A stretch of DNA of 64,000 nucleotides from positions 572,314 through 636,313 of the forward strand of contig CAZGEO010000001.1 of assembly GCA_964525295.1 (NCBI GenBank). Reading direction: 5' to 3'. This document shows positions 18,824 to 28,399 of this stretch, one piece after another. How positions within the stretch are numbered: the first letter of the stretch is position 1; each line of letters opens with the position of its first letter. The stretch comes from an uncultured Candidatus Saccharibacteria bacterium. GTDB lineage: Bacteria; Patescibacteriota; Dojkabacteria; GCA-002793355. The notes under the pieces were generated by a model. It ran no database searches and had not been told where the DNA came from. It saw only the letters and a program-made list of their open reading frames with translations. Both the position numbers and the translations under genes were made by a program.

Positions 18824-20314
18824 TTATTCCTTCCATCCTCCAGCTCTCAAATTCGAGTAGGCGGGTAACGTTCCTCCGAGCATGATTTTCTTCCCAATAG
18901 GTTTGAATGGATCGCTTGAATCGATAACTAATACAGTTTTCATCTCATCGAGAATTACAACTCCTTGCGAAAAATCTTTATTCCAAGCAATTTTCCCAAA
19001 GGCTTTTCCTTCGAGTAATGGCAGAAGAGTTGGATCTGGCGTAATTTCTTTTGCCTGCTCATCTGGAAGTGAAAAAAGGTAGTATTTTGATGATTTTTCT
19101 ACTGGTGATTTCTCTTTATTCGTGTAAGTGAGCGTAATATACGCGAGTTTGTAATCATTAAAGAAAATTGCTGTGTAGGTAGGCACGTGATTAGCATTTA
19201 CTTCTGCTCGTTTTAGTAGTGTTGGAACTTCGGTCAGTACGTCCTCTTTTGTTTGTTGTAAGTTGAATGTTGTAATTTCTGCAGTTTCGGTAAAACCCTC
19301 AGACATATAGAAAAGTCGACCGTTTTTGCCATCAACTTCTGGTCCCCAAAGAATTTTTTCATATCGCGCTGAAGGAATGACAATTTTCGTTTTGTTGTAA
19401 GTGGTTCGATTTATTAAAAAATAGGTGTCGGTTTTTTGTTGTTGTGTACCTGTGAGAAGATGGTGAGTAGTGGTAGTTCCCACATAGTTTGCAATAACAA
19501 CATCTTTTTCGTTTTGAATCGCGCGAATCGGCTGCTTTGTGTCTGCGCTATTGTAAATGAATGCAGATTTGGGAACTTTTTGACAAACGCCTTCCCAGCC
19601 ACAGGCACTTTGATAGAAATAGTAGAAATACTCTGTAGCGGAAACAAATTTTCCCTCGATGAATTGATTATCGGGAGCTGTTGCAATTTTTTTCATTGTA
19701 CTATTTGCAACGGCATTTCCAATTTCTAGTGTCTTTGAAGTGCGCTTTATGCGTAGTTTACTATCTGATGAAAGTTCGCCAATTTCAGTAGTTTTACCCT
19801 GCGCATCGAGATTTCTGTATACAAAAGGAGAGCTTGCCATATTATCTGCGAGTGCAATAAGTGTTCCTTCTGGTGAGAATTCTGCAACCTTTGTGACTAA
19901 TCCCTGGGAATCAAGAAGTTCAATGAGGAAGTTCTTTTTTACTGTGACTGTTGGAAACGGAGTTTGTGAAGGTGCGTTACTGGCAGTTGGTGTAGGCGTT
20001 GGGGTTGGCGTAACTGGTGGTTTGGGGGTCTCGCTGAGTTGGGTGAAAATAATAAAAATGACAGCGATTGCAAGAATTGCAAAAGCAGTAATACCTATAA
20101 CAATGGTTGTGAGTCGCTTTTGTGTTGTAGGCTCTTTGTTTAGTTCAGTGTTTGGCGATACAGTTTCTGGCAATGAAGGTTCAGAAGGTGACGGAGCAGT
20201 TGATGAAATTGGGGGAGTGGGTGGGAGTGGTGGGGGCGTAGGAATAGTATCAATTGTTGGAGGAATTGGAGGTTCAGGCGGTTGACCTGGATTAATTAGT
20301 GTTGGATTTTCCAT
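18824..20314 (-). CDS. Hypothetical Pro/Thr-rich membrane-anchored surface protein
   Basis: N-terminal PT-rich low-complexity region, one TM (IVIGITAFAILAIAVIFIIF), a second PT linker, then a globular about 380-aa domain. Confidence 0.5.
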   Translation of the reverse strand: MENPTLINPGQPPEPPIPPTIDTIPTPPPLPPTPPISSTAPSPSEPSLPETVSPNTELNKEPTTQKRLTTIVIGITAFAILAIAVIFIIFTQLSETPKPPVTPTPTPTPTASNAPSQTPFPTVTVKKNFLIELLDSQGLVTKVAEFSPEGTLIALADNMASSPFVYRNLDAQGKTTEIGELSSDSKLRIKRTSKTLEIGNAVANSTMKKIATAPDNQFIEGKFVSATEYFYYFYQSACGWEGVCQKVPKSAFIYNSADTKQPIRAIQNEKDVVIANYVGTTTTHHLLTGTQQQKTDTYFLINRTTYNKTKIVIPSARYEKILWGPEVDGKNGRLFYMSEGFTETAEITTFNLQQTKEDVLTEVPTLLKRAEVNANHVPTYTAIFFNDYKLAYITLTYTNKEKSPVEKSSKYYLFSLPDEQAKEITPDPTLLPLLEGKAFGKIAWNKDFSQGVVILDEMKTVLVIDSSDPFKPIGKKIMLGGTLPAYSNLRAGGWKE

Positions 20315-20375
20315 AATACATTATATGGATATATTTATAGATTGCCAATTCACAGCCGAATTGTTATACTGATTC

Positions 20376-21149
20376 ATGCCACTGCCTCGTTTGTTTGGTT
20401 CAAAAAAAGAAGAGAAATCAATTCGTGTTACTACTGTTCAATCACAACGTGAAAAAAAGGTCAGCGATACGATTGAAGCAGGCTTATATCCAGCAAAAGT
20501 TGCCTCACGTAAAGGTATTCGTGTTACTCGTCTCTTGCTTCAGGTTGTGGTAGGTGTTCTCTTTTTAGTGACGATATTGAGTTATTTTGGAGTTATTGAA
20601 CTTGGAAGAAAAGTTTGGGCTCCAGTACAAGGAAAGGTCGGTGGGCTCGTTGTGTCTTCAGAGGTGGTTAAGGTTCAGGTTAAAATGAACGGAAAGTTAT
20701 TAGGGCAGGCACCATATACAGGGCAGGGGCTTCCAGCAGGTAATCACGTATTACTGCTAGAGGCAGTCGAAAATCCCAATAACTATTTTGTTCCAGTCGA
20801 ATTGCCAATTACCATATCTCCAGATAATACAACTGTTGTGCGTGTTAATTTGGCACCAGATAATTCACTATCAAACTATGTGGTAATCTCTTCACAAACG
20901 AGAATTCATGTCGCCGATCCTAAATTAGTGGTGCGTACGGTACCTGCTGATGTATCAGTGACAATTGATGGTGCTGATTTTGGTAAAACGCCTTTACTAA
21001 ACGATTCTCTTGGCGCTGGCGCTCATCAAGTGACTTTACAAAAAGAAGGCTATCGAGCAACAACGATTGATGTAACTGTTGCTGATGATAAGACAATTAC
21101 GATTGATGCCAAATTGTATCCATATCAGGTAAAACTTGAACTAGAATGA
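20376..21149 (+). CDS. PEGA domain-containing membrane protein
   Basis: TM anchor, then two PEGA-like repeats (VKVQVKMNGKLLGQAPYTG... and VSVTIDGADFGKTPLLNDSLGAGAHQVTLQKEGY). Confidence 0.6.
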   Translation: MPLPRLFGSKKEEKSIRVTTVQSQREKKVSDTIEAGLYPAKVASRKGIRVTRLLLQVVVGVLFLVTILSYFGVIELGRKVWAPVQGKVGGLVVSSEVVKVQVKMNGKLLGQAPYTGQGLPAGNHVLLLEAVENPNNYFVPVELPITISPDNTTVVRVNLAPDNSLSNYVVISSQTRIHVADPKLVVRTVPADVSVTIDGADFGKTPLLNDSLGAGAHQVTLQKEGYRATTIDVTVADDKTITIDAKLYPYQVKLELE

Positions 21150-24100
21150 CAATAGACCAATTTACAAAAGTAAATAAGCCGATAACGGTCATCGTCAACG
21201 TGAGTAATCCGTTGGCTATTAGAATGGCTCGGATTCTTGCCGATCAAGGAAGTCGTTTACTCATCGTAGATCGGTTGACCTCGGCAAAACGTAAACTTCT
21301 CGGTGATCTTTTGGAACGAGACGATTGTCTCTTTATGGACGCCGAAAGTACCTTCAGGAATATCGACAAATTCAAGAAAATCGATTATGTCTATTACTTT
21401 ATAAATCATTTAGTCGCAGGAAGCACATTCCCTCAGCATCAAGCTGAAAGTATGGAAATTCTTGCACTGCAGCACAAAGATTTTCTCCGAGAAACGAATA
21501 GAATTGATGCATATCTTAAGCTCGCAGCAGAATTTGATGCATCGGCCACCTTAGTAACATCTGGGTATGTTGCTCAATATCTTGAACATCTTCCTGAAGC
21601 GAACTTGCAATTACAGAAGTATGCAGAATCTTTACTTCTTGATTATGTCGAGAAAAATCGATTGAATGGTCGTATTGTGCGAGTTGGTGAATTGGTTGGA
21701 ACCGATTACGATGTTACTGCTCCAACAAATTTGGCTCGCTTAATTCGTGAAGTTCTCTTACGAAAGAAAATAAACATTTTTGGTGGTGGATTGCAGCAAA
21801 ACTATATTGTTGATACTGAAGATGCGGTTTATGCGATTTTGAAGGCTGCGTTCGCTATTGAAGCGAAGGGGCGAACCTATTTAGCTGCGTATCCGCACCC
21901 GTTAACATCATTGAGTCTTGCATATCAATTGCTTGAACTCACTGTTGACGAAAAAGAAGTCGTTTTCAATGAAATTTTACCTCGTCAAGATGATATCGCT
22001 AAACTGAAAGATATGTGTATTTCGCCTTCGGCTACGGCACTTGGGTGGGAACCTCAGATTGATCTTGATCAGGCCTTAAGTGAAACCATGAAAGGTATAG
22101 CTAAAGAGCTTAATCAACCTTGGCAACAATTGAACAAAACTCCAGTTATTCCAGTGCAAACGGTTGTTGGTATGAAAGAAGAAGCCCCAGTTCCTGGAGA
22201 GAAACCAGTAAGCGAAAAACCACAAAAAGGGAAAGTTAAAGAAGCCTTTACAAGCCAGGTTATGAAAATTGACCAGGCAATAGCAACGGGGTACAAGAAA
22301 TTAATAGCTGAGCCAATACTTGGGTTATTATCCTTTCCGCAGAAAATGGCGACCACAGTCAAAAAAACCGGTCCAGCAGCGAAAGAGAGAATACTCTCTG
22401 TTGTTTTAGCCTTGGTTGTAGCGGTATTTGTTTGGGTGGTAAGTCTTCCTTACATCCATTTCGTGGTTTCTGGAGTGAAATTGTATCAACTCGCACAATC
22501 AGCAAAAACCGAATTGAGTGGTCTTGAAGGTGCAAAATTGAAAAAACTGAGTGAATCTGCTGCATCGTTAACTGGTGGAATGCTTGCCGATGTTGAAAGT
22601 GTTTCGTATTTGACAGTTATTCCGTCATTTGTTGCTCCATATAATGAATTGGTAACCTTGTTGAATGCAATTGATTTGTATGCACAAAGCAGTACAACCG
22701 CGGTAGATGCAGCTATTCCAATGCTTGAAATAGTTAAAGGAATTGCTGCTGCAAGGCCCAATGTGACATCAGGTGGGCAAACTCGCGAATACTTTACTGA
22801 AATTACTGAAATAATGAGACAAAAGAATGCGGTAGTTCAGGCTTCGCAAGAAGCACAAATTGCGCAACAACGTCTTGAAAAGGTGAACTTTTCAGTATTT
22901 CCTGCGTTTATGCAAGGCAAATTGTATGAAGCAAAAAGTTTATTATCAGGTTATTCTGGTGCCGTGAAAGAATTAGGAAAATATTACGATTTAATGCCGT
23001 ATTTTCTAGGGTACAAAGACAGAACCAATTATCTCTTAATGGTTCAGAATGAAACAGAATTACGTTCAACAGGAGGCTGGTTCACCAATTATGTTCTTGT
23101 AGGTGTTGAAAACGGTGCTGTTCGAGAATTAACCGTTAATGATGTGTACGAACTTGATGGGCGAATTCAGGGAGTGACTTCCCCAGCAGATATGCAAAAG
23201 GCTTTAAATATAAAAGATTTCAAGCTTTCGTTAACCAACTGGAATCCAGAGCTTGCGGTAACTGCAACTGAAGCGGGTAATGCGTTAGATCGAGCAGGGA
23301 AGTTCCAAGCAAATGACGTTACCGTCACAATGACTTTTCAGGTTGTTCAAGATATTTTGCGAGTTATTGGGCCTATTAATATCGAAGGCCTAGGTTCAGT
23401 TTCAGCAGAAAATATGTATGAAAAGGTGGGAATCCTTCACGAACAATTTACTCCAGGAACTGACAACAAGATTAAAACAGTATCCCAGTTCTTGCCAATT
23501 CTGCTCGATCAAATCGCGTCGGCAGATGTAGGGAAAAAACAAGAAATTATGTCGGTTCTTCTTTCTGCGATTGTAGAGAAGAATGTGATGATTTACTCAA
23601 CTAATGCAACAGTAAGAACTCGTTTACTAGATACGTTTGAGACATATCGAGAGTTGAAGCAAACGTCAAATCCGCTCTTTGTTGTTGATTGGAATTGGGG
23701 TGGAAATAAGGCAAATATGTATCTTCGTCGCACAACAGATATCGAGATTAATGAACAAACGAAAAAGGCAAAAGTGACAATGGTCTACACTAATGATAGT
23801 AAGAAAGATGCCTATCCAGAGGGGAAATATGTGAATGTTCAAAGAGTATATTTTCCAGAACAGTTTACTTTCAGTAAGGCAGTTGGCTACTCTAAGCCTG
23901 TTACGTTGTACAAAACAACACAAGAAGTACTGTATGTACTAACTCAAATGGAAGTAAACATTCAAGAAACGAAGAACGTCTGGCTGGAATATGATTTCAA
24001 ATCATTGCCAAAGTTTATGACATTAATGAAACAATCAGGCATTGATACCGAGGTCGTGCGAGTGATAATTACCCCAGCAACTGACAAATCTGAAATAAAC

Positions 24101-24199
24101 ACAGAAGTTCTCAAAAATCAGGAATTCACGTTGGCAGACGAAAAATGGACGAAGACTTTCATTCGCAAAACCGATGTCGAGGTAATGTTTAAGAATTAA
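21146..24199 (+). CDS. Large DUF4012-type envelope protein with degenerate N-terminal Rossmann (epimerase-like) domain
   Basis: N-terminal SDR/epimerase-like fold lacking GxxGxxG. TM segment (VLALVVAVFVWVV). C-terminal region with RSTGGWFTNYVLVGVENG typical of DUF4012. Overlaps the PEGA gene by 4 nt. Confidence 0.55.
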   Translation: MTIDQFTKVNKPITVIVNVSNPLAIRMARILADQGSRLLIVDRLTSAKRKLLGDLLERDDCLFMDAESTFRNIDKFKKIDYVYYFINHLVAGSTFPQHQAESMEILALQHKDFLRETNRIDAYLKLAAEFDASATLVTSGYVAQYLEHLPEANLQLQKYAESLLLDYVEKNRLNGRIVRVGELVGTDYDVTAPTNLARLIREVLLRKKINIFGGGLQQNYIVDTEDAVYAILKAAFAIEAKGRTYLAAYPHPLTSLSLAYQLLELTVDEKEVVFNEILPRQDDIAKLKDMCISPSATALGWEPQIDLDQALSETMKGIAKELNQPWQQLNKTPVIPVQTVVGMKEEAPVPGEKPVSEKPQKGKVKEAFTSQVMKIDQAIATGYKKLIAEPILGLLSFPQKMATTVKKTGPAAKERILSVVLALVVAVFVWVVSLPYIHFVVSGVKLYQLAQSAKTELSGLEGAKLKKLSESAASLTGGMLADVESVSYLTVIPSFVAPYNELVTLLNAIDLYAQSSTTAVDAAIPMLEIVKGIAAARPNVTSGGQTREYFTEITEIMRQKNAVVQASQEAQIAQQRLEKVNFSVFPAFMQGKLYEAKSLLSGYSGAVKELGKYYDLMPYFLGYKDRTNYLLMVQNETELRSTGGWFTNYVLVGVENGAVRELTVNDVYELDGRIQGVTSPADMQKALNIKDFKLSLTNWNPELAVTATEAGNALDRAGKFQANDVTVTMTFQVVQDILRVIGPINIEGLGSVSAENMYEKVGILHEQFTPGTDNKIKTVSQFLPILLDQIASADVGKKQEIMSVLLSAIVEKNVMIYSTNATVRTRLLDTFETYRELKQTSNPLFVVDWNWGGNKANMYLRRTTDIEINEQTKKAKVTMVYTNDSKKDAYPEGKYVNVQRVYFPEQFTFSKAVGYSKPVTLYKTTQEVLYVLTQMEVNIQETKNVWLEYDFKSLPKFMTLMKQSGIDTEVVRVIITPATDKSEINTEVLKNQEFTLADEKWTKTFIRKTDVEVMFKN

Positions 24200-25671
24200 C
24201 GCTGGATACACATGAAATGATCGGCGGTGGAGCAAGTGACTCCTTGTTGTTGCGAAATATAATCAATTTCGGTTTGCCAATCAGAAATTTTATAAGGGAA
24301 GAGAAATACGAATTTTTTCTCTTTCATTCTTTCTTGCAGCTCAATTTGCCAACTTTGGTTAGTGGCATCAAATGAATAACTTGAGAATTGTTGCAGTTTT
24401 GGATATCGGCGACGGTAGTACTCCATGGTTGGATTACCGTCAACAAAATATATTGCATAGTCAGTTGGCGAAAGCTCGGTAACGGTCTCAATATTCCTCT
24501 GAAATCCGTAGGTTTCGCCAACTACAACATACCTAACAGGAAAATAGCGCAATGTAGCAATAAGTAATACAGTTAAGCCGGCGATGGCGCTACTAACCGT
24601 AATTCTTACGAAAAAATGACTCTCTTCGCGTAAAAGTAAGCCGAACAAGAGTAGTGTCGAAGGAATCAGAAAAATTGTTAGGCGACCCTGCAAAGGATAC
24701 AGCCCTAAAGCTGAAGCGATGGCAGATATTACAAAAGTAAGCGTAATGAGAATTAGTAGAATTCTAACTTTTGTGTAAAAAGACTTCATCGAAATAAAGT
24801 TAAAAACATATCCGCCAATCAATACCAATAAAAGTAAAAATGGCGCGATTTTCCCAAATGAATAGCTGAACGAAAAGATACTGAGATACAATTGTTTGAA
24901 AGTTTCGAGGTCACCAAGGCTGAGAAAGGCTTTGCTGTTTTGCCAATATTGATGTAGATGTTCATTTCCCGAAGTGAATTTATACTGTATAAGATACAAA
25001 ATTGAAAAAGTAGTAAGCCAAAGAATTCCTGGCATGAAGAGTTCTCTTATAGTATCGAAGATTTTCAATTTTTGTGTTGTAATTGCGTCAATAAATAGAG
25101 TTATGCCACACGCAGCAAGGATAAAAAGACTGGTTTGTGAAAATAATAACGCGATTGTGCCTGAAATCGTCAATTGCAGGAGGCTCGTTGAGGTAGGGTG
25201 CTTTAGGTGTTTTTGAGTAAGTAAAAGAAGTAGCGAAGATATCGCAAGTTCGATCATGTATTGTTTATGTTGAACCGAGTATGTGATAGCGACAGGAAGA
25301 ACCGCATAAAAAGCTAGCAATAGCTTGTTTTTTATTTCGAACGTTTCGAAAAGTCTGTACAGCAAATACAACGAAAGAAGTCCCGCAAAAAAGGCGGGTA
25401 ATCTCAGTATGTATTCTTGGATACCTATAAAAGAAGTCAAAAATTTTTCAATAAGCAGGTACGCAAAAGGCGCAGATTGGCTGAAGCGATCTGTTCTTAA
25501 CAACTCAAAAAAGTTGAAATCTAGGATATTTAACGTAAGTGCAGCTTCATCTAGCCAAAGGGTAGGATTCGCAACGTAAAGTGCGATTCTTGCGATTGCT
25601 CCGATTGTGACGGAAAGTGCCGTAAAAAGAGTGATTGTGACAGGAGCGTATTTTTTGATAAATTCAAGCAT
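24196..25671 (-). CDS. GT-C family glycosyltransferase (ArnT/PMT_2-like)
   Basis: Polytopic membrane protein with an N-terminal loop WLDEA (DE motif of GT-C transferases). Start moved to the internal Met (MLEFIKKYAP) to avoid a 109-nt overlap with the upstream ORF; the ORF-track long form ends at 25818. Confidence 0.55.
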   Translation of the reverse strand: MLEFIKKYAPVTITLFTALSVTIGAIARIALYVANPTLWLDEAALTLNILDFNFFELLRTDRFSQSAPFAYLLIEKFLTSFIGIQEYILRLPAFFAGLLSLYLLYRLFETFEIKNKLLLAFYAVLPVAITYSVQHKQYMIELAISSLLLLLTQKHLKHPTSTSLLQLTISGTIALLFSQTSLFILAACGITLFIDAITTQKLKIFDTIRELFMPGILWLTTFSILYLIQYKFTSGNEHLHQYWQNSKAFLSLGDLETFKQLYLSIFSFSYSFGKIAPFLLLLVLIGGYVFNFISMKSFYTKVRILLILITLTFVISAIASALGLYPLQGRLTIFLIPSTLLLFGLLLREESHFFVRITVSSAIAGLTVLLIATLRYFPVRYVVVGETYGFQRNIETVTELSPTDYAIYFVDGNPTMEYYRRRYPKLQQFSSYSFDATNQSWQIELQERMKEKKFVFLFPYKISDWQTEIDYISQQQGVTCSTADHFMCIQR

Positions 25672-25709
25672 GCTCAATACTACTGAATCTGTCGAAAAGA
25701 AACAATAAT

Positions 25710-26054
25710 CTAGAAATTCTGTACCGGAATCTGCCAGAAGGCGTATCTGTGGTTGAACAAATACAAGGAAAGGAACAAAAGCAGGTACGTTAGTAACCAA
25801 ACGCCGATTCTTGCCCAATTATTTTGTTGTTTGTTGAGTAACCACCACCCTACATAGGCAAGTGCAATGTCGAAAATTGGCACGAAAGGTAACCAAATTT
25901 CTTCATGACAAAACAAAAGAGCTTCTGTACCGCCTGAGCCTGTGCCGGTGCAGTAATCAGCAAGATTGATCCATTTGAAGATGAAAAGTATTGCGATGAA
26001 CACAAGTGAAATGCCCCAATAAAGAATTCCAAAGAGTAGTTTTGATTTATTCAT
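25710..26054 (-). CDS. Hypothetical small membrane protein
   Basis: Three TM segments. The ORF-track long form (to 26192) would overlap the tmRNA gene on the opposite strand, so the internal Met start is preferred. Confidence 0.4.
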   Translation of the reverse strand: MNKSKLLFGILYWGISLVFIAILFIFKWINLADYCTGTGSGGTEALLFCHEEIWLPFVPIFDIALAYVGWWLLNKQQNNWARIGVWLLTYLLLFLSLYLFNHRYAFWQIPVQNF

Positions 26055-26147
26055 ATTGAATTGTAACGTTTCTGCGTCAAAATGATAACAATTGTCGCCT
26101 TGACGTGACTTTCTACCCTCAAAAATGCTATAATTCACATACCCAAT

Positions 26148-26569
26148 GGGGGTGACCGGCTTAGACGGTTGTTCATTGAAAGAAGTAGCCAAGCGGGCTG
26201 ATATCCCGTAAATCTATCAAAGCACCATAAAGTGCCAAGTCAAACCTTTCTGAGAAAGTCGCAGCTTTTTTGAACTCAGCAGTTAAGGCTTTTGCCTCAG
26301 TTGTTGCAGCTCCAAAGCTTGCAGTCTCACTCGTCTCTTAATGACGTAACTGGTTTCTCCTCCTTTGCATAACAAGCGGGAAACCAGGAGTAATAAGGTT
26401 TATGCCGACACGCTATCAAGCTCCGCTGGGGTAGAGTGTTGTACATGTGCGGGCGAGTATTCCTTTTTTGCTCGATTTTCAGGGGATACTTAGTACTCAA
26501 CTCGAGCTGTCTTGGGAGAGACTTCTTTTTAAGAAGAGCTGCACAGGGGTTCGATTCCCCTCACCTCCA
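26148..26569 (+). ncRNA. ssrA: tmRNA (transfer-messenger RNA)
   Basis: 5' GGGGGUGA pairs with 3' UCACCUCC to give a 7-bp acceptor stem with a G3:U wobble (tRNA-Ala identity), followed by a discriminator A. T-arm AGGGGUUCGAUUCCCCU. 5' GGCUUAGACGG resembles the GGAUUCGACGG box. Internal frame ...AAAGUC GCA GCU... is followed by UAAUGA stops and a CUGGUUUC/GAAACCAG helix. Confidence 0.65.
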
Positions 26570-27325
26570 TTTTTTCAACACTCTCGTTCGCTACAAAAAA
26601 GAAACCAGTTCTTTTTTGTTACGCTCACGATCCGTGTAGAAGAAAATGGAGCGAACGGGAGGGGTGAAAAATAGGAAAATGTTGGGGAAGCGAAACGCAA
26701 GCGAGAATGTACTGACGTACATTCGAACGAAGCGGGGGTCGAGGAGCGGAAAATTTTCTAGCGAAGCGACGGAAATGACCGCGAGGTGACCGATTCCCCT
26801 GACTTTTGAAAACGCTTCGAAAGAGTTTTTTATGACGTCGGCGACCATTACCCATTCGGGCAAAAAGAGGCTTTTCAAAACGATAATGTTCGATGCTATC
26901 GCCTGAAAGTATAACCTTATCGTTTACTGTGAATGGTAAAGAATCTTCTTGTGTTGCACTACTATCAAGCGAAGTAGTGCAGTCAGAAGCGCGAGCGCGT
27001 AGGGGCTCGCGCTCTTCTTCCTGCAAGCCATGAGAAACAATCGACTGTCTCTTTCCTTTTATTCTTGAGGAATTTGAGTCACTCGAAATTTTGCCCATAA
27101 GTAGTGTGCCTACACGAGTAGATCCAATGGATCATTTCTAATGTAGGGTGCCTAACCTTGAAGGCGGCTACTTACGGTCTGACAGTTCTTTTGAACAGCG
27201 TGATCTTTTTGTTAACTTGTTTTCTCTGGCATCATCACTCCTACCAGCAGAAGGCGCATTCGGCCTTGGGCCTTTATATATTACCCTGTTAAATTGTAAG
27301 CGATAAAATAATTTAGAATAGAGTA

Positions 27326-28399
27326 CTACACCCCAGTCATAACCTTGAATTTATAACGTGGTCTTAGCGGAGTAATGAAACTCCATTGAACGTGGTCTTC
27401 TTTTGCCAATCTTCCTGCAACTATTGAATGTGCTATTTGAATTTTATTCGCGAATTCTTTGATCGAAGCCAATGAGAAGATTCCTGATTGAATAAACTGT
27501 TCGTACATATCAGAGGGTATTAGTGTGTTTTTCGCAAATTCGTTGGCTTCTAATTCATGGGTTTGAGTATCATCCTGACTGATTTCATCAATAAAGTTTT
27601 TATTTTTGTCATGAATTATCAAGTGGCCCAACTCGTGAAAGAGTGTGAACCAGAATATATCTTCAGTGCAGTTACGCAATGATAAAATAATTACTGGTGT
27701 CTCATTTTGTATCCAAATCAATGCACCGTTAACAGGGGATCTCGGAATATTCGGCAACCCAATTAAAACTACACCCGCCTTTTTTAGAATTTCTTTTACT
27801 TGTTTATAGACTACTGTGATAGGCTGCTGTGATAGTTTTTTTATCTCATCGAGAGAGCGAGTTAACAAGGTTTTGTTGTATCTGTATTCTGGTAATGATT
27901 TGAGTGCAGCAATTTCTCCCTGTCTTAACCAAGCTTGCGTTTCAGGGATTGAAGCCTTAAGTTTATCTGCAATTCTGAATTCGATTGCTACATCCCTATC
28001 TATTACTGTTTTAAGTGAATTAACTGCGAAGAAATTCAGTAGGTTCCTAACTTTGGTTACTTGATTAATAGTTTTCTCTACCCAACCAAAGTTTGCCATA
28101 TCTTTATAAAAGGAAAAATGAGGAAGATATTTCTTTTCATCTAAAACATGGTTAAGGTCTTCTTCAATAGCAAGCGCGTGCTGATAATTGCTCTCAAGAT
28201 TAATCCAAAAGTCGGATGAGATTTCGAATATTCTAGATAGACGTATTGCAGTCTCGGGAGTAATAGATGCTTTCTCATTAATAATCATGTTCAGTTGCTT
28301 TCTGCTCAGACCAATACGTGCAGCGAGTTCAACCTGTGATAATCCATAAGCTATCATCGTTTCTTCAAGGATTGTCCCTGGATGTGTGATGTTGTTCAT
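27326..28399 (-). CDS. HigA-type HTH antitoxin fused to ImmA/IrrE (COG2856, DUF955) Zn-metallopeptidase domain
   Basis: N-terminal HPGTILEE...GLSQVELAARIGLSRKQLNMIINEKASITPETAIRLSRIFEISSDFWINLESNY matches the HigA/VapI HTH. C-terminal HEXXH (FHELGHLIIHD) in a DUF955 context. Confidence 0.7.
   Translation of the reverse strand: MNNITHPGTILEETMIAYGLSQVELAARIGLSRKQLNMIINEKASITPETAIRLSRIFEISSDFWINLESNYQHALAIEEDLNHVLDEKKYLPHFSFYKDMANFGWVEKTINQVTKVRNLLNFFAVNSLKTVIDRDVAIEFRIADKLKASIPETQAWLRQGEIAALKSLPEYRYNKTLLTRSLDEIKKLSQQPITVVYKQVKEILKKAGVVLIGLPNIPRSPVNGALIWIQNETPVIILSLRNCTEDIFWFTLFHELGHLIIHDKNKNFIDEISQDDTQTHELEANEFAKNTLIPSDMYEQFIQSGIFSLASIKEFANKIQIAHSIVAGRLAKEDHVQWSFITPLRPRYKFKVMTGV

Noticed and set aside
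19740-20285. 181-aa Gly/Val-rich plus-strand ORF
   Set aside because: Mirror image of the Pro/Thr-rich low-complexity region of the minus-strand gene; a compositional artefact.
24196-25818. Long form of the GT-C glycosyltransferase (540 aa) and long form of 25710..26192 membrane ORF
   Set aside because: Long forms create a 109-nt gene-gene overlap and an overlap with ssrA respectively. Internal Met starts give conventional spacing.
26625-27098. 157-aa minus-strand ORF (Arg/Ser-rich) in the GC-rich block after ssrA
   Set aside because: Low-complexity; no integrase or other motif (no R-H-R-Y tetrad); overlapped by another ORF. More likely non-coding.
26590-27300. RNase P RNA / SRP RNA / group II intron domain V in the GC-rich block
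   Set aside because: Looked for GGAAAGTCCGG (P4), GGAAGGAAGCAGC (SRP domain IV) and domain-V consensus; none present.
26570-27325. Integrase gene expected next to tmRNA
   Set aside because: No ORF with tyrosine-recombinase or serine-recombinase motifs anywhere between ssrA and 31 kb. The islet hypothesis therefore rests only on repeats and gene content.
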